A stretch of DNA of 31,187 nucleotides, from IMG/VR virus record IMGVR_UViG_3300025848_000131, positions 1 through 31,187 of that record; one strand, given 5' to 3'. Shown here piece after piece: positions 25,007 to 31,187 of the stretch; the first letter of the stretch is position 1; every line of letters starts with the position of its first letter. The notes under the pieces were generated by a model. The model saw only the letters and a list, made by a program, of their open reading frames with translations. It was not told the origin of the DNA and did no database searches. Source of the DNA: a virus. Its lineage: Duplodnaviria; Caudoviricetes. The position numbers and the translations under genes are program-made.

Positions 25007-25465
25007 TTATTGCCCCTTCGCGTAAAGATCGGCACCGCCCAGAGCGGCACCGCCCAGGGCACCGATGAGTCCCGCCTTCTGGGCGTCCCGGGCGGCACGC
25101 CCGTAGGAGAGTGCTTCACGGCGCAGCATTCGGGCCTCGAAGAGCGCCTCGGTCTTGGTCTTGATGATCTCGTCGGCGATGGAGGAGGCGGTGTCCTCCA
25201 GGGCGCCCAGGGCAGCGTTGGAGTCCACCGACACGCCCGAGGCGGCGTACTGGGCCAACTGTTCGCCCCCGAAGCGCTTGCCCTCCCGCTCAGCGACCTG
25301 GGAGTTGATGTCCGCCCGGCGCAGGACCTCATCGGACTGCAGCAGGGAGACCTGCGCCTTCTCGCGATAGGTCTTCGCGGCGGCCTTCGCCTCCAGGTAC
25401 TGTCCGTAGGATTTTGCTGCCGTGCCCATGGCGGCGACGGCGAGCATTGCGGGAACGGCCATCAA
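25007..25465 (-). CDS. Small internal virion protein (gp14-like)
   Basis: Ala/Gly-rich hydrophobic ends, YAASGV motif, follows tail tube B. Confidence 0.8.
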   Translation of the reverse strand: MMAVPAMLAVAAMGTAAKSYGQYLEAKAAAKTYREKAQVSLLQSDEVLRRADINSQVAEREGKRFGGEQLAQYAASGVSVDSNAALGALEDTASSIADEIIKTKTEALFEARMLRREALSYGRAARDAQKAGLIGALGGAALGGADLYAKGQ

Positions 25466-27636
25466 TCCTCCGTGCTGCCCTTCATGGAAACGCCCAGGAC
25501 GTTCAGCGGGTAGGGCTCGTCCTGGATGATCCAGAAACTCTGGTCCACGCCCGCGCTTCCATCAAAATCTAGTTCTTTGCTATCCCCAGTATACAACTCG
25601 TCGTCGGAATCTGGGTACTCAATCGACAGGGGGTTTTCCTCGGAAATGCCGAATTTCCCCCCCGCGGACCGAAAAAGGTGGATCACCAGCTTCTGGATCT
25701 TCTTGTAGAGGGCCTGGGCGTTGCCGATGATCGACCCGTGATCCAAGTTCATGGAGTGGATCTTCCCGGTGTACTTGAACCCGGCGATCACCTCTTCCGC
25801 GGCCGAGGACAGGGTGATGACCCCGGCCCCGGAGACCGTCTTCTCCCCCACGTAGGCCCCATCGGCGATCACCGAGACCTCCTGGCCCGCCAGGTGGGTG
25901 TAGCCGGTGTGGGTCACCGAGGCGGCGGTCAAGGTCTTGCGGTGGCAATCCAAGTAGTGCGGCCTGTCATCATTGGCGTCCCCCGTCCGGCGGGTGAGGT
26001 TCTTGGTCCTCACCATCCGGCCCAGGCGCTCAAGGTAGTACACCACCGACCCGTTGATGGTGCGCTCGACGGCCATGAACACGGTCTTGTTGGCCGACCA
26101 GAGGCAGTGGATCCGGGCGTTGGTAGGGTTGAAGCGGAACCACCCGGCCAGGCCTGAGGAGGACTCGTAGGCGAACCCCACCACCTTCATGGGAGACCCT
26201 CCCTGGTTGATGGAGGTGTCCTGACCCAGGAGGGCCCACAGGACGTTCAGGGAGGGATCCCACACCAACTGGCGGAACTGGATGGTGGACATGGAGGAGG
26301 CCGCGTTGTCCTCGTCGTAGGCGTGCTCTAGGATGTCCTGGTTCAGGGAGCTCACGTTGCGGTTCACGTAGGACCCGTTGGACTCGGAGTAGGTGAACTC
26401 CCGGACGTTCTTCCCGTCGGCGGAGATGTAGAAGGTGGAGTTCAGGACCCGGACGGCCGAGCGGGACGCCCCGCCGTAGTTGGTCTGCTGCTTGATGCGG
26501 ATGGCCCGGAAGGAGAACTTCTCGGAGGACCCGTCCACCGACCACTCGCCCTCGGGGGACCCGACGTGCAGGGAGTCCCCGGCCGTCATCCAGGCGATGG
26601 TGCCCACGTTGTCGGGGAAGAACGAGAAGGGGTCGGTGTCGTCCTTGGCCCCGTAGTAGTTCAGCCCGGTCACGTCGGTGCTGGAGTCCTGGGCCATCTT
26701 GTCCTGCATCATGATGAACAGGTTGCCCAGCTTGGAGCACCAGATCTCGTCCGGGAAGTCCGCGGAGCAGGCGAAGATGAGGCGCTGTTCGAAGATGCCC
26801 ACGAACCGGGGGTAGTTGTTCCTCCAGGCGTCGAAGCGCCAGGTAGAGAGAGCGGCCGTGGGAGAGGGGCCCACCACCACGGTGGCGTCCACCACGGTCG
26901 TGCTCGTGAACCCGGTGATGCGCAGGATCCCCTCGGTGGCCCCGTTGCGGATGCGGATCAGGTTGCCCACGTCGGAGGTGGTGAATTCCGCGGAGGAGGC
27001 GGTGATGGTGACGTTGCCCGTGGCCGCCGAGGCGGTCATGGTCTTGGAGGAGGAGTTCTCCTTGCCGAAGGGGAGCTGGAGGACCAGGTCCCCCTGGACC
27101 CCCGGGATGTTGGTGATGGCGGAGGTGTACTCCGCGAAGTACCACAAGGAGCTGACCCGGTAGAGGACCAGGGGAGGCATCCTGCCGGAAACGTGGGTGA
27201 CGAAGCACAGGGAACCCTTCTGGGCGGCCCGGAACCCCTGGTAGTCGCCCCACAGGGAGACCGCGTTGATCGCCTCCTGGAGGGCACCATAGGGGTTCCC
27301 GAAGGTCCCGGAGATGGTCTGGAGGCTCCCGTCCTTGTCGTAGATCTTGATGCGGTCGGCACCCGTGGCGTGGGTACAGTCGATGACCACCTCGTAGTCC
27401 TGCCCGGTCTCCGCCTTGTAGGTCCACCCGAAGAGCTTGTCGGTGGTGTCGGTCAGCGCCAGGGCGCCCAGGTACCGCAGGCCCGCCCGGTAGTAGGCGC
27501 CGCCCCACGGGCGCGGGATGAAGTCGATCATTTTGGCAGCGCCTTGCTTGTACTGGTCGGCGTCCAGGCGTGCACGGACCTCCGGGCCCAACTCACCCGC
27601 GAGAAAGTTGTGCTGGGTGTTGGAGAACTTGGCCAT
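25462..27636 (-). CDS. Tail tubular protein B / nozzle (T7 gp12, P22 gp10-like)
   Basis: QHNFLAGELGP, PWGGAYYRAG, YPRFVGIFEQRL, HLAGQEVSVIADG, QDEPYPLNVL. Confidence 0.92.
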   Translation of the reverse strand: MAKFSNTQHNFLAGELGPEVRARLDADQYKQGAAKMIDFIPRPWGGAYYRAGLRYLGALALTDTTDKLFGWTYKAETGQDYEVVIDCTHATGADRIKIYDKDGSLQTISGTFGNPYGALQEAINAVSLWGDYQGFRAAQKGSLCFVTHVSGRMPPLVLYRVSSLWYFAEYTSAITNIPGVQGDLVLQLPFGKENSSSKTMTASAATGNVTITASSAEFTTSDVGNLIRIRNGATEGILRITGFTSTTVVDATVVVGPSPTAALSTWRFDAWRNNYPRFVGIFEQRLIFACSADFPDEIWCSKLGNLFIMMQDKMAQDSSTDVTGLNYYGAKDDTDPFSFFPDNVGTIAWMTAGDSLHVGSPEGEWSVDGSSEKFSFRAIRIKQQTNYGGASRSAVRVLNSTFYISADGKNVREFTYSESNGSYVNRNVSSLNQDILEHAYDEDNAASSMSTIQFRQLVWDPSLNVLWALLGQDTSINQGGSPMKVVGFAYESSSGLAGWFRFNPTNARIHCLWSANKTVFMAVERTINGSVVYYLERLGRMVRTKNLTRRTGDANDDRPHYLDCHRKTLTAASVTHTGYTHLAGQEVSVIADGAYVGEKTVSGAGVITLSSAAEEVIAGFKYTGKIHSMNLDHGSIIGNAQALYKKIQKLVIHLFRSAGGKFGISEENPLSIEYPDSDDELYTGDSKELDFDGSAGVDQSFWIIQDEPYPLNVLGVSMKGSTED

Positions 27637-28197
27637 CTACCCCCTCACATCGAAGGTGAAGGACTCGATCTCCGGGTCCTGCGGGGGGTTCTCCTTGCTG
27701 TTTTGGAAGCGGGCGTTGGCGATGGCCTCGGCGTAGGACTTCTCCAGCCGATCTTCCTTCGTCTTATCGTTGATGAGGGAAAAGCAGGCCTTGTGAGCGA
27801 GCTTGTGGGCCAGGGCCACATTGAACCCCGCGGAGAACTTGGAGGTGTCGGTCTCGTTCTTGGTGAAGACCAGGGACAGGGCGTTTACGTCCGCCATGAT
27901 GAGGGTGCCCTCGGCCTGGTAGTCCTCCCCGTTGTACTCCTCCAAGATCTGGAGGCAGTCGGAGGGGCGGTTGAACTCGTAGTCCCAGCCGAAGGTGGGC
28001 GTGGTGGCCAGGGGGGAGATAGTCTGCCTTTTGCGGGCGAACGACCAATCGGCGTCGCACAGGACTTCCCGGCGGCACAGGTCGTAGAGGTCGGACATGA
28101 CCTGGGCCCGCTTGTTGTTGTCGGTGAGGTCGTTGATGCGCTCCACGCCGAGAAGGCGAAGGGCCATATTCACGATCTCGACCTTCGTCACCGACAT
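27637..28197 (-). CDS. Tail tubular protein A / adaptor (T7 gp11-like)
   Basis: EIVNMALRLLG, WSFARKR, PSDCLQI, FNVALAHKLA. Confidence 0.92.
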   Translation of the reverse strand: MSVTKVEIVNMALRLLGVERINDLTDNNKRAQVMSDLYDLCRREVLCDADWSFARKRQTISPLATTPTFGWDYEFNRPSDCLQILEEYNGEDYQAEGTLIMADVNALSLVFTKNETDTSKFSAGFNVALAHKLAHKACFSLINDKTKEDRLEKSYAEAIANARFQNSKENPPQDPEIESFTFDVRG

Positions 28198-28208
28198 GGG
28201 ACCTACCT

Positions 28209-28250
28209 AAAAAAATGCCCCGGGGTAAAAGGCGAAAACCCCCGGGGCAC
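28209..28250 (-). terminator. Rho-independent terminator after capsid and cement genes
   Basis: Stem TGCCCCGGGG/CCCCGGGGCA followed by U7 on the - strand. Confidence 0.88.
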
Positions 28251-28258
28251 TTTGTACG

Positions 28259-28732
28259 TTACTTGTTGACGTACTCGATTTCGACGGTCAGGACAGCGTC
28301 CAGCACCGTGCCGTCCATGACCTCGGTCCAGGTCAGGTAGAGCTCGGTCTCTTCGCCGAAGCGCTTGAACAGCGAGGGCGAAGCCTCGTTGGCGCGCTTC
28401 AGGGCGGCCTGGCCGCCGCCGTCCGCCTGGTCCACCAGGCCGTCGCTGTCGGCGGAGATGGCGTTCCCGGACTCATCGGTCGAGGCCGCATGGCCCAGGT
28501 CCACGATGCCCGTGGCGCCCAGGGACTTGCTGATGAAGACCTTCGCATCGGTGACGAAGGAGTTCGCGGGGAGTTTCCCCACGTAGTCCACGTCACCGAC
28601 CTGGCGGGCGGCCGACAGGGTGATGCGCTCGATCAGCTTCTTGGGGGTACCACCCAGTTCGCCCGGGGGGTAGGACACCTTGGGGTCCTCACGGTAGGCG
28701 TTCTGGTAGTTGGTTCCGTAGCGGGTAGTCAT
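28259..28732 (-). CDS. Capsid cement/decoration protein (Bbp16-like position)
   Basis: GAGGAG RBS; between capsid gene and terminator; beta-rich with GKLPANSFV motif. Confidence 0.75.
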   Translation of the reverse strand: MTTRYGTNYQNAYREDPKVSYPPGELGGTPKKLIERITLSAARQVGDVDYVGKLPANSFVTDAKVFISKSLGATGIVDLGHAASTDESGNAISADSDGLVDQADGGGQAALKRANEASPSLFKRFGEETELYLTWTEVMDGTVLDAVLTVEIEYVNK

Positions 28733-28782
28733 ATTTTCTTCTCCTCAAAAAAAGTTCTACAGACCTAGCACCTGGTCAGAGC

Positions 28783-29736
28783 TTAGAGCTCCTTACAGAT
28801 GACCTCCTGGAGCTGCACCTCTTCCATCCGCACGGCGCCCATGCTGAACTTGCCGTAGATCTGGTGGGCGTAGTGGTACTCGGGCATCTCAGTGATGCGG
28901 ACGTTCTTGGGGGCGCCCATGGCCGCGATCAGGCAGCGCTTGCTGGTGAAGGCGAAGCAACGGCGACCTTCGCCCAGGGCCACGGTGCCGCCCGCGCCGC
29001 CGTCCACTTCGCCAGTGGCGGGGGTGTAGGTGGTCGCAGCAGAGGTGAAGGGCAGGAGTTCGGTCTGGATGAACTTGAACCCCATGAAGGTGTCCACATC
29101 GCCTTGGGCGAGGGCCTTCACGGTGTTGAAGTCGGCGGAGGTCACCTCGGTGTTGCCGAGCAGGTCATCGATCTGCTGGGCGGCGCACACGAAGATGAGC
29201 TGCTCGTTCTTGCCGACGGCCTCGGCCTGGCGGAACTTCTTCTTGACCGCGCGGAGGGTCTCCACGTTCAGGCCCGAACCGGTGACGGACACGCCGTCGA
29301 AGGCGCACAGCTTCTGGGAGTTGGGGAGGGCGACCGCGACGGTGCCTTCCTTGCCGGTGTAGGCGTTGCCCAGGGCGCTGTCGATGATGATCTGGTCCAT
29401 CTCGCGGGCCAGGGCGGCAGAGATCGCCTGGGCGTACTCGTTGTCCAGGTTCTGGATGGTGCGGATCTTGTCCTCGTCGTCCACCAGGTCGGCGACGTAC
29501 TTGTCGAGCATGGACACCTTCCGACGGGAGTGCGGGGTGTCGCTGTAGGCCACTTTCGAGTGGCGACCGGCCTTGTCCTGGGCGGCCAGGAGACCGATGC
29601 GGTCGAAGAACTTGCTCTCGCCGACGAAGCTCTCATGACGGCAGAACTCGTACAGGCGGGATTCTTTCTGCTGCGCCAGGTGCATGACGTTGGCGCTGAA
29701 CATTTTCACGTGTGCGGTAGAAACTTGCTGGCTCAT
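28783..29736 (-). CDS. Major capsid protein (BPP-1 Bbp17-like, HK97 fold)
   Basis: LAQQKESRL, FFDRIG, DTPHSRR, TSADFNTVKAL..GDVDTFMGFKFI, MGAVRMEE; GGAGG RBS. Confidence 0.95.
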   Translation of the reverse strand: MSQQVSTAHVKMFSANVMHLAQQKESRLYEFCRHESFVGESKFFDRIGLLAAQDKAGRHSKVAYSDTPHSRRKVSMLDKYVADLVDDEDKIRTIQNLDNEYAQAISAALAREMDQIIIDSALGNAYTGKEGTVAVALPNSQKLCAFDGVSVTGSGLNVETLRAVKKKFRQAEAVGKNEQLIFVCAAQQIDDLLGNTEVTSADFNTVKALAQGDVDTFMGFKFIQTELLPFTSAATTYTPATGEVDGGAGGTVALGEGRRCFAFTSKRCLIAAMGAPKNVRITEMPEYHYAHQIYGKFSMGAVRMEEVQLQEVICKEL

Positions 29737-29759
29737 GGCCCCTCCAAATAAAAACTAGG

Positions 29760-29855
29760 TTTCGGTTATCAGCCGAAAGGTAGTCCCTAACAGGGGCCTT
29801 CATCTCACTGCGGACTTTTTATGGGGTGCCCGAAAAGGCATAATCCATGGTCCGC
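29760..29855 (-). promoter_or_regulatory. Structured 5' leader of the capsid mRNA (tandem hairpins with asymmetric internal loops)
   Basis: Stems GCGGAC/GTCCGC, ATGG/CCAT, TGCC/GGCA; AAGG/CCTT with CCCT/AGGG; TTTCGG/CCGAAA. Confidence 0.6.
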
Positions 29856-29876
29856 GTGCGCTGTGCATTTAACAAC

Positions 29877-29904
29877 AGCATAACGCGGCCATGGATAATG
29901 TCAA
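29877..29904 (-). promoter_or_regulatory. Sigma70 promoter TTGACA-16-TATGCT upstream of the capsid gene
   Basis: Perfect -35 at 29904-29899, -10 at 29882-29877. Confidence 0.75.
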
Positions 29905-29908
29905 GCGG

Positions 29909-30856
29909 TCAACCTTGCAGGATCTTTTCTTGGCGCTGGTACAGCTTCAGCATGTCCGCCTGGGCCTGCTGGAAGTTGGGGTGGTTGGGGTTGTTGTAGG
30001 GGTGCTTGGGGTCGCCCATGATGTTGTTGATCTCGGACTGGATCTCGTCCGGGGTCATCGGGCCACCATCGCCACCGCCATTGCCCGGGACGCGACCTTC
30101 GCGGAAGAGCTTTTCGCCCAGGCCCGCAAAAATCCGGATCATCGCCGGGTCGTTCTCTAACCCCTTGTCTTTAATGAATTTCTGCTGGTCCTCGGGCAGT
30201 TCCTTGAAGGCCTTGACGGCGGTCGTGACCTTCCGGTTGTAGGCCTCGCCCCAGTCCTTCTTCAGGTTCTCGGCCCCCTGCTTCAAGTACTCCTGCCGGG
30301 CCTTGGTCTCCGCCTCAATCTCCTTCTTCGAGGTGCCCTCGATGAAGGCCAGCAGTTTCTGGGCGGCGGAGGTCGGGACCCGGGCGGCGTGGGCGGCGGC
30401 GGAGAACTCCTTCAGGAACTCGTCGTCGATCTGGGAGTCCTGGCCCTTCTCGACCTTGTACTCGTTGATGTCCGAGCTCCAGCCGGTGGTGGTCTTCCAG
30501 AACTCGTCCCAGTCCGCCTCGGTGGCGTTCTTCCCGGGGACGGCGACCTTGTTGGCCCCGAACGCCTTCTTGGTGGACACGTAGGACTTCAGGACGTTGG
30601 CGAAGTTGAACTTCCCGTCCTTGTCCACGAAGGGTTCCAGAGAGCGCTCTTCCTTCATGGCGTCCTCGAACCCTTCCGGCCACTGCACCTTGCGGTCCCC
30701 CCAGATGGACTGGGGGTTACTGGGCGGCGGGTTCCCGCCTCCACCGCCCCCTGTTCCGGGGTCCGCGGGCGGCGGGTCGGTCAGGGACGGGGCCCCGCCA
30801 CCACCACCTGCACCAGGGTCGTCGGGAGACATCAGCCTCCATTGCTGCTTCCACAT
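29909..30856 (-). CDS. Capsid assembly scaffolding protein
   Basis: Gly/Pro-rich N-terminus, LKKDWGEAY, GLENDPAMIRIFAGLG, HPYNNPNHP; precedes the capsid gene. Confidence 0.9.
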   Translation of the reverse strand: MWKQQWRLMSPDDPGAGGGGGAPSLTDPPPADPGTGGGGGGNPPPSNPQSIWGDRKVQWPEGFEDAMKEERSLEPFVDKDGKFNFANVLKSYVSTKKAFGANKVAVPGKNATEADWDEFWKTTTGWSSDINEYKVEKGQDSQIDDEFLKEFSAAAHAARVPTSAAQKLLAFIEGTSKKEIEAETKARQEYLKQGAENLKKDWGEAYNRKVTTAVKAFKELPEDQQKFIKDKGLENDPAMIRIFAGLGEKLFREGRVPGNGGGDGGPMTPDEIQSEINNIMGDPKHPYNNPNHPNFQQAQADMLKLYQRQEKILQG

Positions 30857-30874
30857 CGGTCACTCCTTTTATTT

Positions 30875-31147
30875 TTACGGCCCGTCGCCGTATTGATCGT
30901 CATACATCTTGGCGAACTTCTCCGGGTCCACCCGGAGCTTGTCCAGGATGGCCATGATGACGGAGCGCTCTCCCTCCCGGAAGGCCATCACCATGGGGTC
31001 CTTGTCGAAGGTGCCCGTGAAGACGTGGTGGTTGGACATCAGGTCCTTCAGAACCCGCTCCCCATCCTCAGAGCAGAAGGTCGCCCTGTAGTCGATGAGG
31101 AGGGAGCGCTTCTGTTGAGCTTCGTCGCTGACTTTCTTTTTCGCCAT
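30875..31147 (-). CDS. Conserved small head-module protein (Bbp19-like)
   Basis: YRATFCSEDGERVLKDL...DPMVMAFREGERSV. Confidence 0.88.
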   Translation of the reverse strand: MAKKKVSDEAQQKRSLLIDYRATFCSEDGERVLKDLMSNHHVFTGTFDKDPMVMAFREGERSVIMAILDKLRVDPEKFAKMYDDQYGDGP

Positions 31148-31150
31148 GGA

Positions 31151-31187
31151 TTAGCCTTGGGCCACGGAGGCCTGGTTTTTGAGGACC
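31151..31187 (-). CDS. Last codons (...VLKNQASVAQG) of an upstream gene, probably the portal
   Basis: TAA 3 nt before the next ATG; identity inferred from synteny only. Confidence 0.4.
   Translation of the reverse strand, partial: VLKNQASVAQG

Larger units (their letters stand above)
1..31187. mobile_element. Podovirus-type phage or prophage genome segment (BPP-1/T7-like structural module plus PolA/SNF2 replication module)
   Basis: Order scaffold-capsid-cement-tube A-tube B-internal virion proteins-fibres on the - strand; phage replication genes on the + strand; tight ATGA/TAATG coupling; no host genes or att sites visible. Confidence 0.95.

Noticed and set aside
14811-28269. Very long + strand ORFs (992, 810, 930, 567 aa)
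   Set aside because: Antisense shadows of GC3-biased real genes; V/G/L/H-rich, no RBS or motifs
28733-28800. Programmed frameshift or readthrough extension of the capsid protein
   Set aside because: No slippery heptamer near the TAA stop; the cement gene has its own strong RBS
1-31187. tRNA, rRNA, integrase, att sites, terminase, primase
   Set aside because: None recognisable in this window; they may lie outside it

Overview
About 31 kb of a high-GC dsDNA podovirus (phage or prophage) of a Gram-negative host, with two convergent arms that meet at a terminator near 12.13 kb. The + arm (1-12117) holds small early genes, a membrane-anchored metallophosphoesterase, an XRE HTH, an HNH nuclease, two moron-like exported proteins with their own sigma70-type promoters (one a GH114 lipoprotein), a family A DNA polymerase (Leu762 type), an SSB-like protein, a PD-(D/E)XK exonuclease, a SNF2 helicase, a frameshifted PAPS-reductase-family gene and a T7-lysozyme-type amidase. 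The - arm (31187 to 12182) is a BPP-1/T7-like morphogenesis operon: scaffold, major capsid, cement, tail tube A/B, four internal virion proteins, two fibres and lysis-type membrane genes. The standout is the distal end of this late operon. It encodes a tail-fibre-like protein and an apparent second capsid-cement paralog that both carry Sec signal peptides and extra Cys pairs, plus an O-antigen-ligase/O-oligosaccharyltransferase-like membrane enzyme directly upstream of the cement paralog. This suggests (inference) virion-type proteins that are exported, disulfide-bonded and possibly glycosylated in the periplasm. All family calls are from motif recognition by eye; no searches were run.
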